A stretch of DNA of 64,000 bases from Tubiluchus corallicola (lineage: Eukaryota; Animalia; Priapulida): the NCBI GenBank assembly GCA_030141605.1, contig JAQGDQ010002371.1, forward strand, positions 620,001 to 684,000, read 5' to 3'. The notes under the pieces are model-generated. The model was given only the letters and a program-made list of their open reading frames with translations, had not been told where the DNA came from and searched no databases. The position numbers and the translations under genes were made by a program. Each line of letters begins with the position of its first letter. The first letter of the stretch is position 1. Shown here in pieces: positions 11,105 through 26,100 of this stretch.

Positions 11105-14100
11105 ATGGCAAAAGTAGAAGATACTGCAGAGTTGATTAAGAATGAAGCTGACATTGGCAATGCTCCAGCTATTCAAGTGCATGGTTTTCCAGGAACAAAG
11201 GAAAGTCCTTCAAATAGGTCAGTTTGTTTGTGGTTGGGCAAATCATTACTTTACTTCTAGAACAAAATCATTTTTGAATTTCATAAGGTATTATTTTTCA
11301 AACTTTTTTAGCCAGTTGCGTAAATTTAGTCATCATGAATTTATTTTAGTATGTTATTAGTATGTAAGTATTGCCACTTAAGATTTTCAAGGCAGTAAAG
11401 TCAATAACTCTATAACACTGGTATTGTAACAGAAAGTTTTGCAATTTATTTAATAAACTTAACTAATATATATGCAGTGCTCATTCATCGCAATTTTCTA
11501 ATATTTTCTAATTTCATGCTAGTATGTAGCATTCCTGTATTTATTTATGTCCATTATTCTCATCATTTTTAGAGGAATAGATAATCCCATTTTTTCCTTT
11601 GAAAATGTGGAGACGGGACGGACGGTAACAGTAAAAGAGGAAGCTGATGGGCACAGCAATAGCAATGGTTCTGTCAGCACTGTCCGGAGAGGGAGTAATA
11701 TATCTGGTGGCATCAGTGGAGCTCACGACACATTAGCTGTACCTGGTTCTCAAGTCTCTCGTATGTATGCAGTTCAACACGAGCATTAAATTTGAAAATG
11801 AAGACACATGAATTTCTGGTGAAAACGTAACTGGTAAAACAAAATCTTTTTCAAGATTATCTTTAGACATAATTTTAGTATTGATTCCACATTGGTCTAA
11901 CAAGCTAGAATTTGACTCCATTTGACTATAACCTATTATTTGTATAAAGTGGTGGATAGAAATACAAGCGTATGTGGTTCTTCAGAGACAAAATTCAAAT
12001 TCTTCAATAATACGTATTCCTAAGGCTATGCTGCTCTGAGATTCATTGCCTAAAAATTTTTTTAGTAGAATTTACTTTTTAAATAAATGATGTTTATAAA
12101 GACTAGTACTACTAGTGTTATTCAGTACTACGATAAAATTACTATTCTAAACAAACATGTTTTGAATTATATACAGTACAAAGGATTTTATTCTTTAAAG
12201 ATACAAAATTTCATAAAAACTTTTTATATCTTTAAATCACAGTTTCCAAATCAACTTTAGATTGGGTTTTTAAGACAATTTTTGGCCACAATAATAGTCA
12301 TATTGTAGCATAATGGACAAATGATAATAATGTATACAGATAATTGTATTGCATGTCCTGTGGCTTGTGGCTTCATTCAACATTGTGCTTCTTTCTGATG
12401 GATTACCATGGCAACTGGTATTGATCGTGCTCCAGAACCTGTTGCCTGGGCAATACTTGAAATCCAGCCCTAATGTGGTTTCATTAATCAATACCTGTTT
12501 GCGTTGGCATTGCCTAAGTTAACTTATCAGAACACTTAAGTGTAGATAATATTTGTTATTTCAAGTGGATTATACTCAAGACTGTAGAAGAAACAGAAAA
12601 ATTATTCAGTGCAAAAAATTTTTATTTTGGAGGCTGTTTTGTTTGTCCAACAACTTATTTATTTGTTCTTCTATATATCCATTCTTTATTGCTGTTTGTT
12701 TGTTACACAAAGCAGTTGTCAAGCTGAATCACATTTTTGAAGCATAATAACTCAAAATATTAGTAATTTTAAACAAATAAATTTAAAACAGGGATTTTAA
12801 TGTACCTTACAAACAGCTGACTTTTTTAGCTTGTTAATTTGTGGTCTGTAAAAATATTATTGAGCGGCTTGGCAGCAAACTTACCTTTGAAAGAAGTGAA
12901 AAAATATGAAAGCTTCCAGAAAAAGTTGAAAAACTAGAGAGCTGCCTTTCCAGTTATTTCAGATCATTTCCTAGATGTGTAACTTTTGTTATATTACAGA
13001 TCTTTACAGTGTCAAACATATTCTATCAAATACGTACCTATAAATTTTCCAAGTCTGGAATGTGAATTTATAAAACAATATCCGCTTTTATACTTAAAAC
13101 ATACCAAAATAAATAAGCTACTGCTAAAAAACCTCAGTCATAGGTATGGCATTTATATTATAAAACACTTACTAAGCACTTTGTAAAGCAGTGTACAGTG
13201 ACGAAAAATGTCATCTATTTTTCATTTGTTTTCAGTTTTGAGACGTGGTAGTCAGGCATCTGTGACATCTTCTGGAAAGTCTGCAATTTCTGTATGGAAG
13301 CGCAAATCTCTTCGTGCCACTGTCAGCATCGATTCACTTTCAGCGGATCATACCCACAAGCAGTCGTGGAAATCTATCTCTAGGCTAGCTCGAAGTCGGT
13401 CTGCAGGCAGTACCCGTTCTTTAAAATCCTTATCATCAGTGTAAGTTTTCTGCATAATAATGTAAGGGTGTCAGGGAATAATTAGCCCCCAAGGAGAGGA
13501 TAACAATTGACATTACCATGACAAAGAGCATTAAATTAACTTATTTTAATATTTTTAGTATATATAGTACTGCTGCCCTTCGCATCTCTGAAGGCCATAA
13601 ATAGGCAAGAGTACAATTCATTTTAGTTTTTCAATGAGAGTAGTGTCAAGATTCACTTCTTCAATAACTTGGTTGATTTTTAATTTTTGATAATAAAAAG
13701 TGGAATGAATTTTTAAAAATGGATTGAATGATGATTATTATTATTATGAATAGAATATGAAAAAATGTGTTTTTTTTGTACTTGCGCTTCCGCTTTAATG
13801 TAGCAGGGCTATCATTTCCTGACATTCCGTATATCTTAATAAATGACATAAGCATGAAAGATAGCTGTTTTTAGCTTTCTTATGATTTACTTAATTACGA
13901 TTAATTGTTTTAGTCGTCTGTTTTTTGCCTTCTGAAACAGAACTTTTACATTATCATCCATGTTTGAAATGTTTAGATATTAGTTAATACTGCTGTCTAA
14001 CATGCTTATTTTATTGTTACTGGATATTTGCTCAAATATATATTTTTTTCGAATTGCTTGCTAAGAACGTTTGAAGCTTAACTTTCCATGCAAAAATGCA

Positions 14101-17100
14101 TTATGACTGCTTCTGCTGATGGTGGTTGTGGTGGTGGTGGTGGTGGTAGTGGTGGAGGTGGTGATGGTGGTAGTGGTGATGGTTTTAGTGGTGGTGGTGG
14201 TGATGATAATGATGATGATGATGATGATGATGACGATGATGATGATGATGCCATATAAGCTGTATTGATTTCCAGAACAAATGTATTCACTTTGTTTCAA
14301 ACAATAGAGTATCAAACTATCAATCCGTAGTTTTGTAGTAATTCTTGTATAATTACATATCCTGATCAAGAAAATTTTAATTGTTCATTAACTTCATTAC
14401 ATACCCATCTTAACAATTTGATTAAAATTAGGTATATTATTTATTAGAGCCCTAATTGTATATATTTTGAATGTTTTATAGAATTATATGTTTTAATTAA
14501 ATTGGTTTGTAGCATTGGAGAGGAGAAAAGCGATGTAGTTCATGAACGCATTCGCAATCTCGTTAACGCATTTTCTGAGCGAGCATGGAGAATCAAAGAG
14601 AGAGTAGCACAACCACCAACTCCCACTGAATCAGACAGCGGGAGGTCAACACGTATGTTACTCAAAATTTTTAAGCTGCTAAAATCAATGTAATCAGCCA
14701 TACAATATTCTTTTGACTGCAGTACAACATTGTAAAATAGGATTTTCATTGCAGCTGAAGTTGAAACAAAGAAGCAGCCTCAACGTTTTGACTCTTTCAT
14801 AGAAGATACCCTACACAGACAGGAGGAGCCACTGTATGTGGACATATTAGGGCGAAAGTTAAAACTCCCTGGATTTTTACGGTGCAAAGTTCCTAAGAAA
14901 CTTGCCATAGATCCTCAAGGTAAAGACTTGAATAATAGTATGAATTTATGTTTGTTAATCAAATACCTCAAATATCACATCACATGAAATACTCCGTGAA
15001 ACATTATCAGACTGTACTCGGGATATTGAAGTATCCATTCACTTTTTTGTGAAAATTAATTTTCTTTTGATTTTGTGCCTCTGGCTCTGTGAAAATAGAA
15101 AACCACCTCCTCGTTAAAAGTAATGCTAAGCTTTCCACGCTGTCCTACACTGGTGTATCAAGTGTGCAATCATATTGTATTTTTTCAGAGTGTTTTAGGT
15201 TCTTTAGCTGTTATTATCATCTGGATTTCTAAAATTTGTACTGTTAACAGGTAACATCCAATTTCTAATGTGTGGCCAAATCTTAATAATACAAGATTTT
15301 GATTGTTGAAATTACTAAACTTGGAATTACATAAAGCTTTTTGGGTGGCCCGATGTGTATATACTCAGGTAATGTGTTACGACACTGCTTGTTTCAGGTA
15401 CATGGTATCTAATGTGGTTGTTTCTGCTGACTTGTGCATACACATATAACTGTTGGAGTATGTTTTTACGGGCTTCGTTCCCATACGAGACTGAGAGCAA
15501 CCGGGCATATTGGCTAATCGCAGATTATATTTGTGATTTGCTGTATCTACTTGATATTGTTATCGTCAAATCTCATATCATATTCCTTGATGAAGGCATA
15601 TTTGTGGTAAGTACAGTTTATTAGCTATAGTTCATACAACATATAACACTTTTCTTAAATACCTATATTGATCACATAATCTTTTCATTCATGCTTACTA
15701 GCAACCACAATGGACTTTAGCAATACTAACAAATAAACCGTTTCTCTGGCTTAATAGAATCTGAACAAGTGTTGTTTTAACAAGTGAGGCGCATTAGCAG
15801 ATTTGTTACATTTTAAATTTTGAATTGTTTGCAAGATTAGATGTGTTAGTATGAATGAGAACTGTAGCTGCATCAATAACAGAAATGGAACACTATATTT
15901 TTCAATCATGTCACCACTTTCACAAAATAATTATTTATTTAGGATGATCGAAAGGCAATGGAAAAAAACTATGTGAAGACAACAAATTTCAAGGTATGAT
16001 TTTGTTAGAGATAGATGTTTCGGCAAGTGTAATTATATATCGATTGGCAATTTTGAGGCCATATTTATACCCTTTTAAGTTTTAAATAATTACACATTAG
16101 CGAAATGTCTTTAGTGCATAATTTTAGCAGACTTTATGAGCACTAGGATTCATCATCAATTAAGCTGTATTTTTATGTAGTTTTGTTACTATGTTGTTAT
16201 TGCTATAGCCATGTTTACTCACATTGACTGTACATTGTTTGTTGAATACTCTTGAATAAGTTCAAGTTACCCAATTTCAATATTTTGTACATATTTTAGT
16301 GTGATGTTGCGAGTCTGCTACCTTTGGATATCCTGTATTTGGCTGTGGGAGTGAAACCTATGCTTCGACTACCAAGATTACTTAAGGTTATTTTAGTTTA
16401 AAATACAGTAATTTGGTTATTTTAGTGTACATTTTCACAACTGTACATTTGCATTAGTGAAAAATTTATGTAGAAGAAGTGTAAAATGTGATAACACACG
16501 GATATTTTTTTTCATATCATTTATTGTTTGTTATATTTCCCTTTTCATAGTTACTATCATTCTACTGGTATAGCAGTTTTGACAGAATGTAAGATTACGG
16601 TCTCCAGGATACTTTTAATACAGTTATGTTTCAGGTAGCACAGAAAAAATGTACAGGTTTAGAAAATACATTTAGTTTTGGCTGTAAAAATTACAAGTTT
16701 ATAGCTTTGGTAGTCTTTTATTTATGACCAAAAACTTGTTTGTTAACAATTTAAATTTCTGAACAATGTCAGTTAATCAACAATTGAAAAACAACGTTGA
16801 TGTATAAAATGTGACAGATGCAACAAAACGAAAAAGAAATCAACCAGTTTGCAGCATGGTCTTCACAAAAATAAAGCACTCATAAGAGAAAGTGTATGTG
16901 GGTTGTACAGAGCAGTTTGATGCACGGAACAAAGACAAAAATTATTGAATGTTGTTGGAAGAAATGCTTCCACCAGTTTGCATTCTAAATGGCGGACACA
17001 TGGAGCACTACAAAGATCTTTCTGGCATTTATTTTCTGACTTGTCTGTATTTTTCGAAAAATGTAAGGTGATGACCTAAGATTTTTGGCATTTATACATA

Positions 17101-20100
17101 AGCATCTGTAACATCAATGATGTAATTTGCATGCGATTGCATTATTTTCTTGTAATATCATGATCAAAACTTCAGCACATTTTTATATGCCACCTAATAT
17201 TAGTTGTTTTCCCGTTCATACTATGTAATGCTCAAGCTTCATTTCCTCATTATCTTGAAAAATTTGCCAGTGTTATTTCACGCTAGAAACATTGTAGATT
17301 TTCACTTTATAAACTACATGCTCTTTTTGCACTTTTCTGCTGTTTCTTCCGGTATATCACCTAAAGAAATTTTACTGTTTTCCATTGTGCTATCTAAGTA
17401 AATTTTACTATTTTATTTTATTGTATAACCTTAGATACAGACATTTTGGGAATTCTACACAAGATTTGATGCAGTGGCAAAAGCTCCACATGCCATACGA
17501 GTTTTCAAAACCTTCACTTACATGCTATTTATGATTCATATACAAACCTGTGCATTCTATGCTTTCTCTGAATATGAAAGAAACCAGGGAATTGTATCTG
17601 ACTGGATACACAAAAATGAAGGCAACGCGTAAGTTTACCATCTTGCCAACTTCTTAAAAAGAAGCACAGTAAAAAGCTGGAAAATAATGTCAAATGGCCA
17701 CCGCTGATTATTTAATGATATTAGCATAATTAACTAGGTTTTGAGATCAGCATATAAAATACAAATTTTTTGCCTTCAATAATTAAATTAATTAAATTAT
17801 GAAAAGTTTTAAATTGGTAATGCAAGTCGTCTTATGACAATACAGAAAAATGTCTATATGCTGAGCAATGATTGTTCAGTCTGCTTTTATAATAATAATA
17901 CTACAAATGTGCTGCTACCTATATGTTTGTGGAATGTTGATTCTTATTATGTAGCTCAGTATTCTGTTTTTTCTTTGCCTTGTAACTTATGTTACTGGAT
18001 TACAGGTATATACGATGCTTCTACTTTGCAACTAAAACAGCAACATCTATAGGAAATAATCCAAAACCAGAACAGTTAAATGAGTTCTTGTACATGACAG
18101 TGTCTTGGTTACTAGGAGTTTTCGTCTTTGCTTTACTTATTGGTCAGGTACATTTCTACATACATTTTGGCTTGCAAATTATTCACTGTCAGTGAACTAT
18201 TTCAATGTTGCGCTGAAACAAATCTCCAATCATTTATTTAACATGAAATCTTGGAATAAGCTTCTAGCATAATTTTGGGACTGCAACAAAATTAAACTAT
18301 AATTAAAATACTCCTTACCTGTACAATTGAATGCATACTTGAACATTTCTGTATGTATTCAATTGTATATGCAAAGGTTATTTTTATTTTGATATAATTC
18401 TTTTGAAGCATCATGTTAAATAAATATTGAAATGTTTTGCAGTTCTGCCTGCTTTCATTGGAGATTTAAATTAATTCGTTATTTTACTGTTATACTATAA
18501 CTGTTGTTCATTACATACCCTAAACAACGAACATTCACATTTCCAAGAATAGTGAATAGCTATAGCTGTTAATATTTTGGTTTCGTATTTTGCTTTTCAG
18601 TATTTGTGTAAGCGCATTTTGCACTTTTAGGTTAGGGATATTTTCCAAGCTGCAAGAATGACAAAGACTGAATATCGAAAGACTATGGATATAACCATAA
18701 ACTATATGCAGAATCTGAAAGTTCCTTCAGACCTTCAGGATCGAGTCAGACTGTGGTTTAACTATAACTGGGAACAGCAGAAAACATTGAGTGTGTTTTT
18801 ATTTTTTAACATAATTTTTCGCATTTCTGAAAGAAACTTTTCTCTAACAAAACTTAAAAAGTTTGTAACTCTGAATCTCTGGTTTTTACATCTGATATTT
18901 TCTGGTGTTTTGCCGGTTTTTTTCTGCTACATTGTGCTGCATTTATTTTATATTTAATTGCTGTATGTCTAATAATAATTGTAAGAAAAATTTTCGTTTT
19001 TGCAAGATATATGCATGTAACATTTACAGTATCAGTTCAAGTAACAAATTGAACAAGTCCCATATCTACATAAATGCAGAGATAGAAGAGAGATTAAAAT
19101 GACTATAACATTGAGAAATTATCACCAATGTACATTTTGAACATTAAAATTATATTCTCTCCGCTTGAATATTTCTGGTTTGTGCCTGTGGTAGTGATTC
19201 TGTTATGGTTCTGCCTTTTACGCAGTCTAGTGATTGCCTTCTTTTCTAGACGAGAATGCAGCCCTTCAAATTCTGCCATTGAAGATGAGAACAGATATGG
19301 CTATAAATGTTCATTTTCAAACACTGAGCAAAGTTCAACTGTTTCAGGTAATTTTAGGTGTTTGTTCTTTATGATTATTTAACAGCACGATGATTATCAC
19401 TGCTGTATTTATATTTTTACAACTTTTCAGTCGTGCAATTTTTTATGTGTTTGTTATCTTTTTCAAGTCATATGTTACTTTACATAAAATTTAATTGTGA
19501 GCATTTGTAAACAAATTATTCTAATGTTTGCAATACTTCACTTGTTTACTTCAATAATTTATTTAAAACAGAACGTTTTGATTTAATCACTAAATATTTT
19601 CAGTTGACAGATCTGTATTTAAAATTAAATTCGCATTAAAAATTTTTGCAAATTAAGTATAAGATATAAACCATAATTTTTTTAAAAAAATTGTACCATC
19701 AATTGCTATCTGGAAATCACTAAAAAAATTTTGGAGCATTTACAAACAATGATGGGTGTTGTTTTACAATAATACTATTTTATGATTAATTTATAAACTT
19801 ACATTTATTCACTTAACAATATAATGTTTGTTACTGCATTCTCATTTTCTGTAGTTTCTTATTAAATTTCCAGGACTGTGAAAAAGGGCTGCTTCGAGTG
19901 CTAGTGTTACGATTGCGCCCCGTGTTATATCTGCCTGGTGATTTGGTCTGCAGAAAGGTACTGTTTATTTTTTATATAAATCTAAATCAGCATTATTTTG
20001 TAGAATTTAACACTGAACAATATCATTATATAAATATTAAGCAAACCTTTCTTGAGCTGACTTGTTAGAAACAAACATTTTTATTCATGCACATCTTGAC

Positions 20101-23100
20101 ACTGACAAAAATACAATCCTGCTAGTTCCTTTTTTGGCTGTTTTGATGAAATAATTCTGAAATTATTACATGGTCCGTAAATAGTATTTTATTTAGCAAA
20201 AACATGCAAAGGTTTCACTTGTGTCTTTAGGGAGATGTAGGGCACGAAATGTACATTGTAAACAATGGCCAGGTTCAAGTTATGGGAGGAGAGAAAAATG
20301 ACATTGTTCTGGCTACTTTGCATTCTGGAAGTGTCTTTGGAGAAATCAGGTAATGCTTATGCTTCTAATGTTAAAAAGACATTGCTGAAGTAAAAAAAAG
20401 GCGTTTATAGAACATAAAATATTTTTTAAAATTCATGTTACAATTTATAGTTGTTATTGAGTGTTTTCGTGCTTTTTGTACTTCATCTTAAAAGTTGTAT
20501 GTGTTTTTAAGTTGCAAAATTGAATTGTTATAATGGCTGTGTTGTGTTCTCGTGTGATGGATGCTCAGTCTTTTAGGCACATATTTCTGAAACTTTAACT
20601 GAGCATAACTGTGATAAAGCACAATATTGCTCGATAATTGTTATTTATTTATTTGAACCATCTCTTTTGACCTTCTCTACCTTCTCAAATGGAGCAAAAA
20701 AATAAAAACAGACCATAATAAATACACAAATGTATATGCCCATTTACACCTCTAAAATATATTAGTGTGGTGTGGCAAAATTAAAGCCAGAAATTAAAGC
20801 CTTTTAGATATTGACTGATCACAGATCACAGTTGGCAGAATTACATTACTAAGCCATGCCTCCCCGGTTTTTGTCTCACAATCGCTGGCTGACAGCCACT
20901 GCCTTAGCCACCTTAGAGAATAACTATAAATATAGGGGAAAACAGGAAACATTGTAACGATTTGTCTCTTGTTCCAGAAAATGTATCTCTGTTATACTTA
21001 ACTGACTACAAGAAACGAGTTTTAATTATTTTGCTCAAGGATATATGCATGGTGTCAAGCTTTTATGAGAAAGATTAGGCGTTGTTACCTTAAGACCAGA
21101 ATGCTGATCTCCAACAGAAAAAATCTGCTGCTAAACGAACTTGTTGTAAACGTAAAATTATAGATATCCTTACTTGCATTTGCACTTAAATTATTTTTGA
21201 GTGTCTTGAGATCAAAGTTCAGCATGAAAATGAAAACTCTATTATACAACCTGAATCTGTAGGGTGAAATTTTTCTTAGTGATAAAGCAAATCTGGATCT
21301 TAGCTACTGAAAATGATTTTTCAGTTATACAAAAATACAGTGTTCCTTCACTACTTCGCGGTTCCTTTATCGCAGTCTCGCTGTTCCACGGGTTTTCAAA
21401 AAGTATTAATGTAAAATATTTATTGCGATACTTTCGCTGCTTCACGGGTTTTTGCGGTACTCCGTCTAAAGTATTTTACGTATGCATAGTACGTATTGTA
21501 CAGTAATGTATAGATTTGATGAATTTTGCTTAAAAAATCACAAAATGTATAAAAATATATTAAAAATATTAATTCTTACATTAAAAGAATATTATAGATC
21601 ATAAAAAATTACCATTTGCAGTAAATAGTGTATTTATTCGGCGAATGAATATACACCAAAAACGAAATGTAGTACCTGCGCCTGCTTGAGAATCTACTTG
21701 CCGACGTGAGATTGTACACAACACACAATTGGTTGATTATAGTATAAGTATAAAATAAGTATAGCGTCCCTCCCTACTTCGCGGAAATTCACTTATCGCG
21801 GGTGGGCCTGGAACTGAACACCTGCGATAAGTGAGGGAACACTGTATGAGTAAAACAACACATGCATTGCCAGTTTAAAACACTTATGTAAGCACTAACA
21901 TTTGATTTTAAACAACCTAAGCTGCCCAGGCTAAACTTTGTGAATGTAATAGTTAAAAGGGCCTACTAACTTAAAGTTTAATAAATACTGTTTTATTTTG
22001 TTCCTCCTGCTGAACACGTATAGTGCTGAAGTAGGCATACTATATTTTTGCATTGTAGAACAACATCAGATTTCAAATTTAAAAAATAGAAAGCTAACTA
22101 CTTTGGCAAAGACTTCGTGGTTTTTAAAGGGTTCTGTGTTCCGTGAGGTCTTATGCATGTTCCGTCGGCATGAACATTTGTCTGTCCTTTTTGCCTAAGT
22201 AAAAATAATCTAACCATGTATAAACACACACTTTTGCAGTATATTTGGCATGTTTAGTATAATCTGCATGCCCGAAAATGTGAGTAAACATCTGGGGCTG
22301 TGGAGTGGTTCGCCTGCCATTGTGAGTTGGACTTTCACTGGTTGATTGACATTTTGCAATCCCTCTATTATGGATCGCTTACAATATGTCCTGAACATAA
22401 AAACTGTTAAAAAACTGTCATGAGTATATTTCTAAAGTAATAAAGTTTAATCACTTATACACATTATTTATAGTCTGTTGTCGTTGGCTGGAGGAAATCG
22501 AAGAACTGCAGATGTTAAATCTCGTGGCTTTTCTAATCTATTTGTGCTAAGCAAAGCTGATCTGCAAGACACAATAAAGGATTATCCCGATGCACAAGAA
22601 GCCCTTAAGCGAAAAGCCAAGTATGTGACAAATAATTTCCTATAAGTCCCTTACTTACGGAACAGAATATCAAGCTTCACTGTATGCTGTATGTGACTTA
22701 TTAACATTACTTATTACGAAATATTTTTATTGGTAAGTTAATCATTCATTTAAATGTTGAAAATTTTCAATTATATTTCAGTGATTGTATGTTGTAGGAA
22801 AATTATTGCTCAAAATGCCAAACGGGAAAGAAAGCCCAGCATCAAGGAGGAAGACGTGAAGCTAAAGCCATCAACTAGGCTTAGTTCCCACACTCCAAAA
22901 CTTGTGACAGCTGTCATCGAGGTTGGATAATTTTCCAAATGTTTTTTATAGTATTTGGACTTATTATTATTAAAAATGCACTATTTTTGACAATTCGAAT
23001 ATGTGAACGTAATCAAATTTTAGTGTTTAACGCTTGTAGGCTCTGGATAAGAACCCATCAACACATGATAATGAAACAACACAGATTCTGACTGGCAGGA

Positions 23101-26100
23101 AGAGCAGATTGCAAGTGCAGAGTTCTATGGAGATGAGATCAACACCCGAAGAAGTGCTCGTGGTAGAAACTACTCAAGATGGTTAGTTAAGAATTTGTTT
23201 TGCTAACGACCCTCAGGCATACGTGTTATTATTGGCTAAATGACGTATAACAGAAATAAATGATCTGTTTGTTTTTTCAAAATTATTGTGCACTGATGAT
23301 TTATCAGTCATTGAAGTATGTACTATTAACTAATTGTCAATTTACTATTATGGAATAACATACATGTTCATTCTTAAGTGAACCTAAAAAGTCATTCTTC
23401 GTTAACTTGAAAAGTTAATATTTGCCTTGTTATTGCTTGTACAGTCAAACATTTACAAAAGACTTTCAAATGAAATGAGTATAATGAATAATGAATGTAA
23501 TGAATATGCATTAACTGTAGTTATGCATGTTTGTGAGTATTTCATCTATTATGTAAAAATTCTAACCTGCTTTTATAAGTGTGTCTTGCTAAAAAGCAGA
23601 GTGGTAATTTAAAACTGATATTTCACACCTCTCTTGTGTAAGTGTTATAAAGTTAATTAGAAATGATGTACAGATTGACAAAGTTCTACTAAATACAACA
23701 GTATGGGTGCCAATTTATTTATCAAGGGGATATTAATTCATAAAATATATTCTGTGAGTTTATCAATTATAGTGTTTGGTAGTTATTTATGTTGCTATTT
23801 ATGACTCAACCGTTTCAGGCCCAAAAGAAGAGACCCAAATTTCTTTAAAGAATTCTCTGAGCCCTACAACGACTGAACGGCGCAGTCGACTCTTGAAGAT
23901 GCACTCAATTCACGAAAACAGTAAGTATGATTTTATGTCATTGTTGAGTGTTTGTTTATCTTTTAATTTGTTTGTCACTTACTGCCCCACATTACTGTGA
24001 TTTCAAATTTATTTTTATCAATCTGGCTTGAAAATATTAGTATTGTAAATATCAATTTTGATAAAGTTGTTATGCTGCAATGTTGTAACTCTTTCAGCTT
24101 GAGTCCAAGTCGAGTCCCAAGTCTTTGGGGATCAAGTCCGAGTTAAGTCTCAGCTCATTCTGGCCCAAGTCTCGAGTCATTAAACCCAAGTCTGAATTGA
24201 GTTTTAAGTCATTATGTCTATGTCTAAGTCGAGTCTTAAGTCATGTTCACTTCAAATCAAGTTTCAAGTCAAAGTAATTTAGGATTTAATCGATTCCCAT
24301 GTTCTTGTTTAATAGTAATTGACTGTTGTTGTTAATTTTGGCATTATTTTCCTTATTACTGCACTACATTTATTACTACAAACATTGGCTAATGTTGATG
24401 TTTTGCTATACATCAAACTATCCGTGCAAGATAAATTATTTTACAAATGATTTTACACTTAAGTTTGCAATGGTGTTGTACCGAGTATCTGTATGACATA
24501 AAAGTAACTTTACAATCAGTAGTACTAATTACATTCTACAAGAAGTTATTCTAGTTACTTATTACATTTACTCTTATTACATTATCTGACAATCCTGTGT
24601 GTTCTTACTAACAAGCCACTTTGTCTGAAGACCCATTCAATTAATAGTCGCACTAATAGCTGAGCAACTAAATACTTTATTAGCCAGTTTAGAAAAGCTG
24701 CTGTTAAAAAAGCTGTCTATGATGTATTTTGAGTTTTTCTCATGCAACATCAAGGGTATGTTTAATGTTGTTAATTATTAAAGTTTTTAACTGAGTGCAG
24801 AGCAGATGCAAACACTGCTGCTGAACCTAGAGACTTTAAGAATTGACACTTTAGGCATAATGCAAATATGGCTTTAGACAATGAACACTGGTCTAACGTG
24901 GGATTGAAATGCTTTCACAAGTAATAACAATTTAACTATTTAGTTATAACGTGCATCATTATTGTTTGTTTTACTGTTCGTGTAGTCTGAGCCACTAATC
25001 AAGTCAGTACTTTATTGTTTTGAGTCCAAGTCAAATAGCGAGTCATTTATTATAAGTGTCAGTCAAATCTGGAATCAGTGCCATGCAAGTTGAAGTCGAG
25101 TCTGACTCTGAGATGCTGAGCAATTTTCTCAACAAAGGCAATTTATTGATATTTTTTCAGTGTGCTAGACTTTTATGCTTACTTTGTTGCAAAGTATAGA
25201 TAGAAAGATTTTACAAAATAAAGAGATAATTTTATGCACATTATTTTAACTAATATTAGTTATTATTGTTCTGTCAGATAAAAAAGTGGATGACGAGCAA
25301 AGATCGGACTCTGCTTTAGGTAATACCATGTCGTCATCATTGGATACAGTTGACAAAAATAAAGAAACCAAAGAGGTTCCTAAAGGTGTGTAATTTGTGT
25401 ACTTGTGTTTCTATAAAAATGTTGTTTTGTTACACCAGAAAGTCCTATTAACAATACTGTATATATTGTACTATATATTGGTTACCCACATGCAGCTGTT
25501 ATTTTCAATGGCATCAGATTATTTTGGTAAATCACAGGCCTAAGACATGCTTAACCAAAAATAAAATTTATAGCGGCCTTAGTTAAGCTTCAGCAACAAA
25601 CTAGTTAGTTAAGACTTAGTGGTGTTATTGATTCAAAAAAGTATGAGATGTAGAAAATTTGTGCTTCAAATGAAGATTTTGCATTAAATATTTTTTTAAG
25701 CAGTTTACATCATCTGTTTGTTGACATTATTATGTGTTAAAAAGTTTTTATAAATTATTTGTTTTTGTAGATAACAAAGCTGCTAGTAGTCTAGAATCAG
25801 GCATCTCTTTAGAGGACACAACTTCTAAGATAGAGAAGAAGAAAAAGGTTAGCAAAAACCAGGTTGCTCCTCAAGAAGGCCCACTGAATGTGTGGAATGA
25901 AAGTAAATTTGACCGCACACGTCCAGTGTCTATTGTGCAACCCATGGTGAATGGCATGCCACTTCAACAACAGCAGTCAGCAAAAGAAACATCTTCTTCA
26001 TATAAAGAGAGTGATGACACATCGAGAAATGTGGACACTGCTGCTTTACCTGGCCAAACAGATGCCGGTGTAAATGCAACTGCTAACACAGAATCAGTTG

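Noticed and set aside
11733-11921. - strand ORF containing MSKDNL, as in the MOB4 C-terminus
   Set aside because: Six-residue coincidence; flanks do not align, so not a MOB4 pseudogene.
14061-14369. ORFs with poly-I/T/S/P runs (also poly-N/Y ORFs at 61032-61373)
   Set aside because: Translations of trinucleotide microsatellites.
21165-21174. ATATCCTTAC, a U12-type donor-like sequence
   Set aside because: Deep in an intron whose flanking exons already join in frame by GT-AG splicing.
24100-24270. Regularly recurring caagtc/gagtc units that superficially suggest a repeat-spacer array
   Set aside because: Units are 5-6 nt with irregular spacing in a eukaryotic intron; better explained as transposon subterminal repeats. 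No CRISPR array or cas genes in the window.
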